Shown: positions 21,098 through 31,215 of the stretch, piece after piece
Layout of the letters: each line of letters starts with the position of its first letter
How positions within the stretch are numbered: position 1 is the first letter of the stretch
NCBI GenBank assembly: GCA_964394645.1
Contig: CAYMYC010000001.1
Location: 117,299-181,298, forward strand
Source: an uncultured Gammaproteobacteria bacterium
Lineage (GTDB): Bacteria > Patescibacteriota > Microgenomatia > Levybacterales > GWA1-39-11
Reading direction: 5' to 3'
Length of the DNA: 64,000 bases
The notes under the pieces: model-generated
Seen by the model: only the letters and a program-made list of their open reading frames with translations
Databases searched by the model: none
Told to the model about the DNA's origin: nothing
Made by a program: the position numbers and the translations under genes

Positions 21098-22276
21098 ATG
21101 GCAACATTTCAAAGAAACAAACCACACGTTAATATAGGAACCATCGGTCACGTTGACCATGGTAAAACCACGCTAACTGCAGCTATAACCACTGTTCTTG
21201 CAAAAAAAGGAATGGCAGAGGCAAGAAAATATGAAGATATTGATAATGCTCCAGAAGAACGAGCTCGTGGAGTTACGATCAACATTTCTCATCAAGAATA
21301 CGAAACTGAAAAAAGACACTACGCACATATTGATGCTCCAGGACATGCAGATTACATTAAAAACATGATTACAGGTGCCGCTCAAATGGACGGAGCTATC
21401 TTAGTAGTCTCTGCAGCTGACGGTCCAATGCCTCAAACACGTGAACACATCCTTCTTGCGCGTCAGGTTGGAGTTCCAGCTCTTGTTGTTTTTCTTAATA
21501 AAGTAGACATGGTACAAGATCCAGAGCTTATTGATTTAGTTGAGATGGAAGTACGTGAACTTCTCTCAAAGTATCAATATCCAGGCGATGAAATCCCTAT
21601 GGTTAAGGGATCAGCCTTAAAAGCTACTCAGGGAGATGCAGAAGCTGAGGAGCAAATAATGGAATTAATGGCAAAAGTTGATGAATATATTCCTACTCCA
21701 GAACGACCAACAGATAAGCCGTTATTAATGCCTGTTGAAGATGTCTTTTCAATCAAAGGACGCGGAACAGTTGTTACAGGAAGAATTGAACGAGGAATTG
21801 TAAAGATTAATGATACTGTTGCAATCATAGGTATTAAACCTACAAAAGAAGTAGTGGTTACTGGAGTTGAGATGTTTAGAAAACAATTAGATGAAGGACA
21901 AGCTGGAGATAACGTAGGATTACTTCTTCGCGGAATTGAAAAGCAGGATGTTGAACGCGGACAAGTTATAGCAAAACCCGGAAGTATTACTCCACACACA
22001 AAATTTGAAGCTGAAGTTTATATCTTAACCAAAGAAGAAGGCGGAAGGCACACTCCATTCTTTTCAGGATACAGACCTCAATTTTATATCAGAACAACTG
22101 ACGTAACAGGTGAAATTAAACTCCAAGAAGGCGTTGAAATGGTTATGCCAGGAGACAACGCAAAAATGACAGCAGAACTTATAGTTCCAGTTGCTATGGA
22201 AGAAGGAATGAGATTTGCAATCCGAGAAGGTGGAAGAACAGTTGGGGCAGGAGTAGTTACCAAAATCTTAGCTTAG
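21098..22276 (+). CDS. tuf: Elongation factor Tu
   Basis: 392 aa; [22 protein letters not shown] motifs. Confidence 0.97.
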   Translation: MATFQRNKPHVNIGTIGHVDHGKTTLTAAITTVLAKKGMAEARKYEDIDNAPEERARGVTINISHQEYETEKRHYAHIDAPGHADYIKNMITGAAQMDGAILVVSAADGPMPQTREHILLARQVGVPALVVFLNKVDMVQDPELIDLVEMEVRELLSKYQYPGDEIPMVKGSALKATQGDAEAEEQIMELMAKVDEYIPTPERPTDKPLLMPVEDVFSIKGRGTVVTGRIERGIVKINDTVAIIGIKPTKEVVVTGVEMFRKQLDEGQAGDNVGLLLRGIEKQDVERGQVIAKPGSITPHTKFEAEVYILTKEEGGRHTPFFSGYRPQFYIRTTDVTGEIKLQEGVEMVMPGDNAKMTAELIVPVAMEEGMRFAIREGGRTVGAGVVTKILA

Positions 22277-22329
22277 TAGGCTCAGATTAATCGCACATTT
22301 TACATTTTTTAGTTAGTTTGGTAATATAA

Positions 22330-22354
22330 CCTCGCTCTCCTGCGAGGTTTTTTT
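22330..22354 (+). terminator. Intrinsic terminator/attenuator between tuf and rpsJ
   Basis: CCTCGC-tctcct-GCGAGG stem followed by TTTTTTT; only 22 nt before the rpsJ ATG, so partial readthrough is implied. Confidence 0.55.
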
Positions 22355-22376
22355 GTTAAAAAAAGGATAAAAAAAT

Positions 22377-22685
22377 ATGCCAAAAGGAAGGATAAGAGTT
22401 AGATTGAAATCATATGATCCTCGAATAATAGATAGCACGTGTCAACAAATCTTAGACACGGCGATTCGTACTGGAGCAAAAGTAGTTGGTCCTGTACCAC
22501 TTCCTACTCAGCGTTCTATGTTTGCGGTAAATAAATCTGCATTTGTTGATAAAAACGCACAAGAACATTTCCAAATAAAAACCCACAAGCGTCTTATTGA
22601 TATTATGTCACCCACTGATAACACAATAGAATCATTAATCCATCTAGATCTTCCAGCGGGTGTAGATGTTGAAATTAAGATGTAA
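22377..22685 (+). CDS. rpsJ: 30S ribosomal protein S10
   Basis: 102 aa; canonical S10 sequence (RIRVRLKSYD...). Confidence 0.95.
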   Translation: MPKGRIRVRLKSYDPRIIDSTCQQILDTAIRTGAKVVGPVPLPTQRSMFAVNKSAFVDKNAQEHFQIKTHKRLIDIMSPTDNTIESLIHLDLPAGVDVEIKM

Positions 22686-22972
22686 CGTTCTTCATTTAAT
22701 ATTACTTTCCCAATAAACGAAGTAAGAAAAATAATAAAAATTGAAACATTTCAGGATGCTAATAAATTACGTTTTGATTACGCGAAACACAACCCATTTC
22801 CTCTTCAGATTTCTTAATTGTTAGAATGAGAGTTCTCATTGTAGGGGTTAGCCTCGTTGCGTGCTTGCATTTCTCTTGCAACTTCTATATAATAACTTTT
22901 ACTCATGTTTAGGTTTACTACCGAGACTGAATGGAATACTACATAAGAGCTTAGCTGCATTTTTTGCGTATG

Positions 22973-23000
22973 AAGCGACTTTATGTAGTCGCTTTTTTTT
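22973..23000 (+). terminator. Strong intrinsic-terminator-like hairpin at the end of the 315-nt rpsJ-rplC spacer
   Basis: AAGCGACT-ttatgt-AGTCGCTT stem followed by T8; ends immediately before the rplC start. Confidence 0.5.
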
Positions 23001-23012
23001 GTGTTTAAGTAT

Positions 23013-23891
23013 ATGTCTTTACAAGCAATTATTGGAAAAAAAATAGATCAGACGCAAGCATTTTTGGAAGACGGAAGACGAATTCCTCTTTCATTAATTT
23101 CTGTGTCTGGAAATGTTATTGCGCAAGTGAAGACACTGGAAAAGGATAAATACACTTCTGTACAGCTTGGATTTGGAGATAAAAAAAAGGCAGATAAGGC
23201 AACTACAGGACATATAAAAAAAGCGGGACTTACAAAAACGCCCCGCTTTTTTCGTGAAGTAAAAGTTGAAGATATCGCAGGGTATGAGGTTGGGGCAGTT
23301 GTGAATGTTGAAGAAATGCTAGAGCTGGGAGACGTTATTGATGTAACTGGTACATCAAAGGGAAAAGGGTACGCGGGGGTAGTTAAAAGACACGGATTTA
23401 AAGGTGGACCAAGAACCCATGGACAGTCTGATCGTGAGCGCGCACCTGGCTCAAGCGGTCAAACAACAACACCTGGACGTGTTTATAAGGGGAAGAGGAT
23501 GTCTGGTCGTATGGGGAATGAGCGTGTGACTATCAAAAATCTGACAGTTGTTGATATTAAAGATGGTGTAATTTACGTTCGTGGTTTAGTTCCTGGCGTA
23601 AAGGGTTCGCTAGTAATGATCTCAAAGGTGAAAGAAGATAAGAGAAGTCGTGCGACAAAGAAGAAATTTGTTCCTCTTTTCACAATTAAAGAAGAAGTTG
23701 TTGAAGACAAGAGTGCAGAGCCTGTTGTTGTAGAGACTGTAGAAGTTGAGGCACTTCCTGAAGAGCCACAGAAAGTAGTTGAAGATCAGACAGTGGAAGT
23801 AGTTGAGCCTAAGGAGGCAGTAAAAGAAGAATCAAAGACAGACGAAAAATTAAAAAAAGACGCTCCTGATGTAAAAGAGGAGGATAAGTAA
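23013..23891 (+). CDS. rplC: 50S ribosomal protein L3 (with ~85-aa Lys/Glu-rich C-terminal extension)
   Basis: L3 core (GKKIDQTQAF..DGRRIP, GYAGVVKRHGF). Start at second ATG 23013 (MSLQAIIGKK); the ORF-track ATG 23001 is an alternative. Confidence 0.9.
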   Translation: MSLQAIIGKKIDQTQAFLEDGRRIPLSLISVSGNVIAQVKTLEKDKYTSVQLGFGDKKKADKATTGHIKKAGLTKTPRFFREVKVEDIAGYEVGAVVNVEEMLELGDVIDVTGTSKGKGYAGVVKRHGFKGGPRTHGQSDRERAPGSSGQTTTPGRVYKGKRMSGRMGNERVTIKNLTVVDIKDGVIYVRGLVPGVKGSLVMISKVKEDKRSRATKKKFVPLFTIKEEVVEDKSAEPVVVETVEVEALPEEPQKVVEDQTVEVVEPKEAVKEESKTDEKLKKDAPDVKEEDK

Positions 23892-23893
23892 TT

Positions 23894-24685
23894 ATGGCTG
23901 ATAAAAAAATAAAAAAAGAGGTAGTCGTAAAAAAGACAAATCTAACTGTTAAAAAAACAGTTGTAAAGTCGGTAAAGAAGACTGAAAAAAGCACGGAAGA
24001 TACGAAAAAAAACAACGTTAAAGTAAATAAGCCTGCTGAAATAGCGACTACTTCCAAAGACACATTTTCAGTAGATGTTTATGGATTGGACGGCAAGGTG
24101 TCAGGGAAAGTAAATATTCCCACTGAAATCTTTAAAGCAAAAGTTAACCTTACTTTAATGGCGCAGGCTGTAAGAGTATATCTTGCTACACAAAGAAGTG
24201 GAACATCTTCTACAAAAACACGATCAGAAGTTTCAGGAACAACCAAAAAGATGTATCGCCAGAAGGGTACAGGGCGTGCCCGCCATGGGGCAGCAAAAGC
24301 ACCCATTTTTGTGGGTGGAGGAATTGCCTTTGGACCAAAGCCTAAAAGTTTTGCTCTTACTCTTCCGAAGAAAATGAGAAGAAAAGCGCTTTTCTCAGCC
24401 TTAACAAGTAAGTATTCAGAAAATAATCTTAGAATTCTAGATGCTTCACAGGCGACAGGGAAAACAAAAGAAATAGTAAGTACATTTAAAAATCTTGGAT
24501 TAACAAAAAAAATAACAGTTGTAGTTACCCCAGAAGAGAAACAAGTTGCCCGAGCAGCAAGAAATATTAAAGGAGTAACAGTTGAGCACGTTGCGAATTT
24601 AAATACATACAGTGTTTTAAATAGTAATACAGTTGTTTTTGCAAGAGACGCACTTATCGTTTTACAGAGCACGTTCTTGAAGTAA
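23894..24685 (+). CDS. rplD: 50S ribosomal protein L4 (with ~55-aa Lys-rich N-terminal extension)
   Basis: L4/L1e family core after the K-rich leader; position in S10 operon. Confidence 0.9.
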   Translation: MADKKIKKEVVVKKTNLTVKKTVVKSVKKTEKSTEDTKKNNVKVNKPAEIATTSKDTFSVDVYGLDGKVSGKVNIPTEIFKAKVNLTLMAQAVRVYLATQRSGTSSTKTRSEVSGTTKKMYRQKGTGRARHGAAKAPIFVGGGIAFGPKPKSFALTLPKKMRRKALFSALTSKYSENNLRILDASQATGKTKEIVSTFKNLGLTKKITVVVTPEEKQVARAARNIKGVTVEHVANLNTYSVLNSNTVVFARDALIVLQSTFLK

Positions 24686-24686
24686 T

Positions 24687-25037
24687 ATGAAAACTATAAT
24701 TATTAAACCATTAATTACAGAAACATCTATGAAAGATGCAGCTACAAACAAATTTACATTTTCCGTATTTAAAGATGCAACAAAGACAGAGATAAAGACA
24801 GCAGTTGAAAAAACATTTAATGTACATGTTATAGGGGTTACAACTGTTAATTTGACAAGGAGAAAAACTGTATTTACAAAGTTTGGTCGTAAAAAAACTG
24901 TTGAAAATATAAAAAAAGCACGTGTTGAGCTTGAAAAGGGGCAAACCATTCCAGCGTTTGAAATTGATGGTAAGAGAGAAGAGTCAAAAGTTAAGAAGGA
25001 GAAACAAGAAAAAAACAAAAAAGAAGAAACTAAGTAG
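24687..25037 (+). CDS. rplW: 50S ribosomal protein L23
   Basis: 116 aa; L23 fold with a K/E-rich C-terminal tail. Confidence 0.9.
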   Translation: MKTIIIKPLITETSMKDAATNKFTFSVFKDATKTEIKTAVEKTFNVHVIGVTTVNLTRRKTVFTKFGRKKTVENIKKARVELEKGQTIPAFEIDGKREESKVKKEKQEKNKKEETK

Positions 25038-25045
25038 ATAATAGT

Positions 25046-25795
25046 ATGACAAAAGCACTAAAACATATTTTAAAAAAGAATTCAGGAAGAGATTCTTCTG
25101 GTCAGGTTATGGTGAGATATCAAGGGGGTAGACACAAGAGATTTTATAGAGACATAGATTTCAAGAGGAACAAGCATGGGATAGAAGCAGAAGTAGTAGA
25201 GATTGAATATGACCCAAATAGGTCAGCTGACATAGCATTATTACAGTATAAGGATGGTGAGAGGAGATATATCTTGTGTCCTGTAGGTCTTGAAGTGGGA
25301 ATGACTGTTTCAGCAGGAGATGCAGTAGACTTGAAGCCTGGTAATGCCTTGCGTCTCATTCAAATACCAGTAGGTACATTTGTGCATAATATTGAGCTTA
25401 CATTTGGACGTGGAGGTCAAATAGCAAGGTCTGCAGGTGATCAAGCGGTAGTTACTGCACGCGAAGGTGAGTATGTGCATGTGAAGATGCCTTCAGGTGA
25501 GGTAAGGCGCATTTTAGGTAAAAATTATGCTACAATCGGCCAGGTAGGAAATGTCTTATGGAAGGATCGCGTGCTTGGAAAAGCCGGAGCATCTCGCCAT
25601 ATGGGGATTCGTCCTCATGTTCGGGGTGTTGCTATGAACCCTCGTTCTCATCCTCATGGTGGAGGAGAAGGAAGAAGCGGAATAGGTATGAGTAGTCCTA
25701 AAACGTATACAGGAAGAAAAGCTGTAGGAAAAACAAGAAGACCAAAAAAATACTCAAATAAATTTATAATTTTACGAAGAAAGAAAGGTAAATAA
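25046..25795 (+). CDS. rplB: 50S ribosomal protein L2 (shortened N-terminus)
   Basis: 249 aa; conserved YDPNRSADIALLQYKDGERRYIL and GGGEGR motifs; lacks ~30 N-terminal residues relative to E. coli L2. Confidence 0.92.
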   Translation: MTKALKHILKKNSGRDSSGQVMVRYQGGRHKRFYRDIDFKRNKHGIEAEVVEIEYDPNRSADIALLQYKDGERRYILCPVGLEVGMTVSAGDAVDLKPGNALRLIQIPVGTFVHNIELTFGRGGQIARSAGDQAVVTAREGEYVHVKMPSGEVRRILGKNYATIGQVGNVLWKDRVLGKAGASRHMGIRPHVRGVAMNPRSHPHGGGEGRSGIGMSSPKTYTGRKAVGKTRRPKKYSNKFIILRRKKGK

Positions 25796-25823
25796 GAAAA
25801 GTATATCTTTTCTAAAATAAAAT

Positions 25824-26108
25824 ATGTCAAGATCACTTAAAAAAGGACCATATATTGATGAGCGAATTATGAAGAAGGTGCAAGCCCAAAAGGCGACGGG
25901 ATCAAGTGATCCAATAAAAACTTGGTCTCGTGCGTGTCAAATTCCACCGGAGTTTGTAGGGCATACATTTCTTGTACATCAAGGAAAGCATTTTGTAACA
26001 GTTAAGGTAACGGAAGGCATGGTTGGACATAGATTAGGGGAGTTTGCGCAGACTAGACTATTTAAGGGGCATGGTAGGATTGTAGCTCGTGAGATATCAA
26101 AGACCTAG
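25824..26108 (+). CDS. rpsS: 30S ribosomal protein S19
   Basis: 94 aa; [12 protein letters not shown]... Confidence 0.95.
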   Translation: MSRSLKKGPYIDERIMKKVQAQKATGSSDPIKTWSRACQIPPEFVGHTFLVHQGKHFVTVKVTEGMVGHRLGEFAQTRLFKGHGRIVAREISKT

Positions 26109-26130
26109 TAGTTAGTTTTAATAAATAAAT

Positions 26131-26574
26131 ATGCAATACATAGCAGAAGCAAAAAATGTTAGAATATCACCTCGGAAGATGAGGTTGGTAGTTGATGGGG
26201 TAAGAAAAATGCCAATAGATAAAGCGATAGCGACTCTTTCAATAGCAAGTCAGAGAGCATCAGATCCTATTAAGAAAGCCCTAGAGAGTGCTATTGCAAA
26301 TGCGGTTCATAATGGTCAGGTTAAAAAAGAGGAACTTTACATATTTGAAATGTTTGTGAATGAAGGAACTTCATATAAAAGATTTCACTATGCAGGAAGA
26401 GGAAGGACAAGACCATACAAGAAAAGATCAAGTCATTTAAAAGTAATACTTGGAGTAAAAGACGTAGTAGCAAGTTCTTTAACCAAAATTGAAGAAGTAA
26501 AAAAGGAAGAAAAACCAATGAAGGAAATAAAGAAGAGAGAAGTTAAGAAAGGAGAGAAACAAGTTAGCAAATAG
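26131..26574 (+). CDS. rplV: 50S ribosomal protein L22 (K/E-rich C-terminal extension)
   Basis: L22 core; 147 aa. Confidence 0.9.
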   Translation: MQYIAEAKNVRISPRKMRLVVDGVRKMPIDKAIATLSIASQRASDPIKKALESAIANAVHNGQVKKEELYIFEMFVNEGTSYKRFHYAGRGRTRPYKKRSSHLKVILGVKDVVASSLTKIEEVKKEEKPMKEIKKREVKKGEKQVSK

Positions 26575-26594
26575 CTTGTTTACTATTAAACCGA

Positions 26595-27239
26595 ATGGGA
26601 CAAAAAGTTAATCCAATTGCGTTAAGACTAGGAGGTCATCAGAGCTTTTTAAGCGTTGGATACTATTCTAAAAAAATGTATCCGAAGATTACTCTTCAGG
26701 ATATAAAAATTCGGGAAATGCTTTATAAAAAACTGAAGCAAGCAGGGGTTGGGAGAATTGTTATAGAAAGATCAGTCAGTACAATTAAAATTACAATATT
26801 TGTAGTTCGTCCGGGAATAGTAATAGGGCGAGGAGGAAGCGGACTTGAAGATATTAAAAGAATGGTTTTGGGAATGCTATTTGAGCCTAAGAAAGATAAA
26901 AAGAATCAACCAAGAGTGGAATTAAAGGTGGAGCCGGTTAAGGATCCTAATTTATCTGCATTTTTGGTAGCATCAAATATCTCAGATCAGCTTATAAGAA
27001 GGATGCCTTTTAGAAGAATTATGAAGCAATCAATTGAAAAGGTGATGGGGAGTGGAGCCAAGGGAGTAAGAATAGTTTTGGCAGGAAGAATCAATGGAGC
27101 AGAAATCGGACGTCGTGAGAGATTGCAGGTTGGGAAAGTATCGCTTTCAACAATTCGAGAAGATATTGATTATGCAAGCGTTCCAGCCCTTACAAAATCG
27201 GGATACATAGGGGTGAAAGTGTGGATAGACAGAGGATAG
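26595..27239 (+). CDS. rpsC: 30S ribosomal protein S3
   Basis: KH domain (GIVIGRGGSG) and S3 C-terminal domain. Confidence 0.93.
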   Translation: MGQKVNPIALRLGGHQSFLSVGYYSKKMYPKITLQDIKIREMLYKKLKQAGVGRIVIERSVSTIKITIFVVRPGIVIGRGGSGLEDIKRMVLGMLFEPKKDKKNQPRVELKVEPVKDPNLSAFLVASNISDQLIRRMPFRRIMKQSIEKVMGSGAKGVRIVLAGRINGAEIGRRERLQVGKVSLSTIREDIDYASVPALTKSGYIGVKVWIDRG

Positions 27240-27276
27240 GCAAAGCTTACGATAATTTGTAATTTAATTAAATAAT

Positions 27277-27687
27277 ATGTTAACACCAAGAAGAACAAAA
27301 TATAGAAAACAATTTAGACCAAAAACGGTTGAAAAACCATCTAGAGGTGGAAATTATGTAGCATTTGGAGAATTTGGATTAAAGGCTATGAATTCAGGCA
27401 ATGTTTCAAGTAGACAGATAGAGGCAGGAAGAAAAGCTATGACTCATTTTACAAAAAGAGGTGGGCGTATCTGGATTCGAATTTTTCCTGATCGTCCAAC
27501 TACTCGCAAGCCGCCTGAGACAAGAATGGGTGGAGGTAAAGGTGATTTGCATGAGTATGTAGCACCTGTTCAGACAGGAAGAATAATTTTTGAAATGGGT
27601 GGAATACCTGAAGTAATAGCAAGAGAAGCGATGAGATTGGCAGCAAACAAGTTGCCTATAAAATGCAGAGTAGTTGAAAGAAAATAG
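27277..27687 (+). CDS. rplP: 50S ribosomal protein L16
   Basis: MLTPRRTKYRK..., canonical L16. Confidence 0.95.
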   Translation: MLTPRRTKYRKQFRPKTVEKPSRGGNYVAFGEFGLKAMNSGNVSSRQIEAGRKAMTHFTKRGGRIWIRIFPDRPTTRKPPETRMGGGKGDLHEYVAPVQTGRIIFEMGGIPEVIAREAMRLAANKLPIKCRVVERK

Positions 27688-27768
27688 AAGATTATATGTT
27701 CAACTCATAGGTATATGAGCTTCAACATATTTTTAAAATAAATTAGACTTTAAAAGTATATTAAAAAA

Positions 27769-27984
27769 ATGAAAAAGAAAGATTTAGAAAATTTACGTAT
27801 GAAAACAAAAGAGGAGCTTAGCACTCTTGCAGCTTCACTTTGGGTTGAGATAATGAAGGTACAAATAGACAAGAGAACTAGTGGAAAAGTAAAAAATATG
27901 AATGAGGCAAAAAATAAAATGAAAGATAGAGCGAGAATCTTAACAATTATTGGAGAAAAGATGAAGGAGGTAAAGCATGTCTAA
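27769..27984 (+). CDS. rpmC: 50S ribosomal protein L29
   Basis: 71 aa helical protein in the expected operon position (KKDLENLRMKTKEEL). Confidence 0.85.
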   Translation: MKKKDLENLRMKTKEELSTLAASLWVEIMKVQIDKRTSGKVKNMNEAKNKMKDRARILTIIGEKMKEVKHV

Positions 27985-28228
27985 AAAAACATTTATTGGG
28001 GAAGTCGTTTCAGACAAAATGAAAAACACTGTAATCGTTGCGATTGAAAGAAATATTGCACATCCTCGCTATGGGAAATTGATTAAAAGAACACAAAAAC
28101 TTATGGCTGACAAGAGTGGAATGGATGTTATTGTTGGTGACATTGTTAAGATTGAAGAGATCAGACCAATGAGTAAAAATAAAAATTTTAAAGTAGTGAA
28201 AAAGGAAAATGGTAGCAAATCTACCTAA
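27977..28228 (+). CDS. rpsQ: 30S ribosomal protein S17
   Basis: 83 aa; OB-fold S17 (GEVVSDKMKNTVIVAIER); 8-nt overlap with rpmC. Confidence 0.9.
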   Translation: MSKKTFIGEVVSDKMKNTVIVAIERNIAHPRYGKLIKRTQKLMADKSGMDVIVGDIVKIEEIRPMSKNKNFKVVKKENGSKST

Positions 28229-28245
28229 TAATAAATTAATTAAAT

Positions 28246-28620
28246 ATGGTACAACACAGGACAAAATTAATAGTAGCAGACAACTCAGGAGTTAAAGAGT
28301 TGATGGTAATTCATATTTATGGTGGATCAACGAGAAGAAAAGGACATATTGGTAGTATTCTTGGATGCGTTGTGAAAAGATCACTTCCGAATACCCAATT
28401 TAAAAAAGGGGATAAGGTGAAAGCAGTATTAGTGCGTTCAAGAAAAGAATATAAAAGAATTGATGGGACCTATATTAGATTTTCAGAGAATGCTGGGGTT
28501 GTTATAGAGAATGCAGAAACAAAAAACCCTGTAGGCACAAGAATTTTTGGTCCTATAGCACGAGAAATTAAGGAAGAAGGTTTTGCAAAAATTGCGTCTT
28601 TAGCAAATCACGTTGTTTAA
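28246..28620 (+). CDS. rplN: 50S ribosomal protein L14
   Basis: [15 protein letters not shown]...; canonical L14. Confidence 0.95.
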   Translation: MVQHRTKLIVADNSGVKELMVIHIYGGSTRRKGHIGSILGCVVKRSLPNTQFKKGDKVKAVLVRSRKEYKRIDGTYIRFSENAGVVIENAETKNPVGTRIFGPIAREIKEEGFAKIASLANHVV

Positions 28621-28638
28621 GGAAGGAATTATAATAAA

Positions 28639-28938
28639 ATGAAAATAAAAAAAGGAGATACAGTTCGAATTACTCGAGGAAAAGATAAGGGGAAAGAGGG
28701 AGTCGTTGAAAAAGTGAAGGCAGGAACAATTGTTGTTCCAGGAGTAAACGAATTCAAGAGACATATAAAGAAAAGCGCAACTGGACAGAAGTCTGAAATT
28801 GTTACTATTACTAAACCAATGCAGGCTTCAGTGGTTGCACTGATTTGTCCAAAGTGTAAAAAGCAAACACGTATTGGTTATGTGATAAAAGAAAACGGAA
28901 AAATGAGAATTTGTAGAAAATGCAAAAAAGAGATTTAG
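28639..28938 (+). CDS. rplX: 50S ribosomal protein L24 (KOW domain plus C-terminal CxxC..CxxC)
   Basis: KOW motif (GDTVRITRGKDKGKEG); C-terminal CPKC...CRKC putative Zn ribbon. Confidence 0.9.
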   Translation: MKIKKGDTVRITRGKDKGKEGVVEKVKAGTIVVPGVNEFKRHIKKSATGQKSEIVTITKPMQASVVALICPKCKKQTRIGYVIKENGKMRICRKCKKEI

Positions 28939-28953
28939 AAAAACATTAAAGCT

Positions 28954-29067
28954 ATGAAAGTACAAGCGTCAATTAAAAAAAGATGTAAAAAATGTAAGGT
29001 TATAAAAAGACGAGGAGTCCTGTTTATAATTTGTGAGATTCCAAAGCATAAACAGAGACAGGGGTAA
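28954..29067 (+). CDS. rpmJ: 50S ribosomal protein L36 (relocated into the spc region)
   Basis: Hand-found 37-aa [40 protein letters not shown] matching the L36 Zn-ribbon consensus; too short for the ORF track; lies between rplX and rplE instead of infA-rpsM. Confidence 0.85.
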   Translation: MKVQASIKKRCKKCKVIKRRGVLFIICEIPKHKQRQG

Positions 29068-29093
29068 ATTAAGATAATACGAAAAATAATACT

Positions 29094-29636
29094 ATGCAAA
29101 CATATAAAGAAACATTTGAGAAAGAAATCGTAAAAAAGCTTCAGCAAGATTTGGGGCTTAAGAATGTAATGTCTGTGCCAAGGCTAAAAAAAATAGTAGT
29201 AAATACCAGCACTAAGGACTTTCTTTCTGATAAGAAAAACTTGGAACGTGCAGCAGAAGATTTAGGAATAATTACTGGACAAAAAGCAAGGGTAGCTCGA
29301 GCTAAGGTGTCGATTGCAACATTTAAATTAAGAGAAGGGGATAAACTTGGTTTAGTCGTAACGCTAAGAGGTAAGCGGATGTATGATTTTTATGAAAAAC
29401 TTGTTAAAATTGTCTTCCCTCGGGTTCGTGACTTTTCGGGAGTATCTGAAAAGTGGTTGGATGGGCAGGGGAATTTAAGTATTGGTTTTTCAGAAAATAC
29501 AGTATTTCCGGAAATAGATCCAGGAAAGGTAGAGAAAATACGATCCTTACAGGTAACAATTGTTACAAATGCAGAGGATAATAAGCAAGCAAAAGCATTA
29601 TTTGAAGCAATGGGTATGAAATTTAAGAAAAATTAA
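29094..29636 (+). CDS. rplE: 50S ribosomal protein L5
   Basis: 180 aa; canonical L5. Confidence 0.93.
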   Translation: MQTYKETFEKEIVKKLQQDLGLKNVMSVPRLKKIVVNTSTKDFLSDKKNLERAAEDLGIITGQKARVARAKVSIATFKLREGDKLGLVVTLRGKRMYDFYEKLVKIVFPRVRDFSGVSEKWLDGQGNLSIGFSENTVFPEIDPGKVEKIRSLQVTIVTNAEDNKQAKALFEAMGMKFKKN

Positions 29637-29641
29637 AACAT

Positions 29642-29827
29642 ATGGCAAAAAAATCAAGCATAGTTAAGTTTCAACATAAACAGAAATTTAAAACAAGAGA
29701 AGTAAATAGATGTGCTCTATGTGGACGTTCTCGTGCATATTTGCGCCGTTTTGGTTTGTGTAGAATTTGCTTTAGAGAAAAAGCACTGAAAGGAGAATTA
29801 CCAGGAGTAACAAAGGCGAGTTGGTAA
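29642..29827 (+). CDS. rpsZ: 30S ribosomal protein S14 type Z (Zn-binding)
   Basis: 61 aa with CxxC...CxxC ([14 protein letters not shown]). Confidence 0.92.
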   Translation: MAKKSSIVKFQHKQKFKTREVNRCALCGRSRAYLRRFGLCRICFREKALKGELPGVTKASW

Positions 29828-29840
29828 GTAAAAAAAATAT

Positions 29841-30227
29841 ATGTATACAGTAGGCGACTTTTTAATTCAAATAAAAAATGGGTACATGGCTCGTAAGAAA
29901 GAGTTAGTAGTTCCTTACGCAAAGATAGTGTTATCAATGGGGCAAATTCTAGCAAAAGAGGGATATATAAAGACAGCAGAGGTTGTGGACAGTAACGGGA
30001 GAAAGATGATTACCATAAAATTGCTCTATAAAAACAAAAGACCAGCGTTAAAAGATGTCAAGTTAGTTTCAAAACCATCTCTTCACCGTTATGTAACAAA
30101 ATCAAGAATTAGAAGATTTGCGGGAAATTTTGGGATTTCAGTTGTTTCAACAAGTAGAGGAGTCATGACAGGAAAGGAGGCCCTGCAGCAAGGAGTTGGT
30201 GGAGAGTTATTGTGCGAGATCTCCTAG
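29841..30227 (+). CDS. rpsH: 30S ribosomal protein S8
   Basis: 128 aa; S8 fold, expected position. Confidence 0.92.
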   Translation: MYTVGDFLIQIKNGYMARKKELVVPYAKIVLSMGQILAKEGYIKTAEVVDSNGRKMITIKLLYKNKRPALKDVKLVSKPSLHRYVTKSRIRRFAGNFGISVVSTSRGVMTGKEALQQGVGGELLCEIS

Positions 30228-30243
30228 CTACATTTAAATATTT

Positions 30244-30795
30244 ATGTCAAATAATATTGGGAAAAAACTAATAAAAATAGAAGATGGAGTACAGATTCAG
30301 GTCAATGATAGCGAAGTAGTGGTAACTGGAGCGAAGGGCTCTTTAACAGCAAGGATTCCTGAAGGTGTAGAAATAGAGATAACAGACGGAAGCGCAAAAA
30401 TTAAAAGAGCTGTGAAGGACCCCAATTCAGGGAAGTATGCAGGTCTAATTCGTGCAATTCTATTCAATATGGTAGAGGGTGTTTCAAAGGGATTTAAAAA
30501 AGATTTGGAACTCTCAGGGGTAGGATATAGAGCAAAAGTGGAAGGTAGAGATTTAGTTCTTAATGTAGGGTTTGCAAATGCCGTAAGGATATCTCCTCCG
30601 GAAGGGATTACTATTGCGGTTTCTGAAAACACCATTTCAGTAAGTGGTATTGATAAAGCACTGATTGGTGATATTGCATCAAAAATTCGTGAGGTAAGAA
30701 TCCCTGATCCTTATAAAGCAAAAGGAATTAAGTATGCAGGTGAGAAAATAAGAAGAAAAGTAGGAAAGGCCGCAAAGGCAGTCGGAGGAAAATAG
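30244..30795 (+). CDS. rplF: 50S ribosomal protein L6
   Basis: 183 aa; two L6 repeats. Confidence 0.92.
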   Translation: MSNNIGKKLIKIEDGVQIQVNDSEVVVTGAKGSLTARIPEGVEIEITDGSAKIKRAVKDPNSGKYAGLIRAILFNMVEGVSKGFKKDLELSGVGYRAKVEGRDLVLNVGFANAVRISPPEGITIAVSENTISVSGIDKALIGDIASKIREVRIPDPYKAKGIKYAGEKIRRKVGKAAKAVGGK

Positions 30796-30846
30796 CTGCT
30801 TAAAATATGCAGCCCTAATAAAATAGGAGTATAAAATATTAAAATT

Positions 30847-31212
30847 ATGAAAAGTACAAAAGAAGAAAAAATTAAAAAAGCAAGAATTGAAAGAAGGAAA
30901 TTGAGGACAAGAAAAAAGATATTATCTATGTCTACCTCGCCAAGACTTTCTGTTTTTCGCTCAAACATGAAAATGTATGCGCAAATTATTGATGATAAGA
31001 AAGGTGTGACCATGGTATCTGTCCATGAAAAAGAATTACAAGACGCAGTTGGTACAAAGATGGATAGATCTGGGAAATTAGGAGAGTTAATTGCAAAAAA
31101 AGCACTCGATAAAAAAATTGAAGGAGTAGTCTTTGATAAAGGATCATATAGATATCATGGGCGTGTGAAAGCATTTGCGGAAGGTGCACGAAAGGGAGGA
31201 TTAAAATTTTAA
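30847..31212 (+). CDS. rplR: 50S ribosomal protein L18
   Basis: 121 aa; L18/L5e family. Confidence 0.9.
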   Translation: MKSTKEEKIKKARIERRKLRTRKKILSMSTSPRLSVFRSNMKMYAQIIDDKKGVTMVSVHEKELQDAVGTKMDRSGKLGELIAKKALDKKIEGVVFDKGSYRYHGRVKAFAEGARKGGLKF

Positions 31213-31215
31213 TAT

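Noticed and set aside
20939-21160. 73-aa minus ORF overlapping the tuf promoter/leader
   Set aside because: Antisense to the tuf start and leader signals; no support.
22861-23046. 61-aa ORF in the rpsJ-rplC spacer
   Set aside because: Hydrophobic low-complexity product overlapping the terminator hairpin and the rplC start; the spacer is more plausibly regulatory RNA.
24079-24672. 197-aa minus-strand ORF antisense to rplD (also 24662-25018, 24711-24944 antisense to rplW)
   Set aside because: Antisense to conserved ribosomal protein genes, hydrophobic low-complexity translation; spurious.
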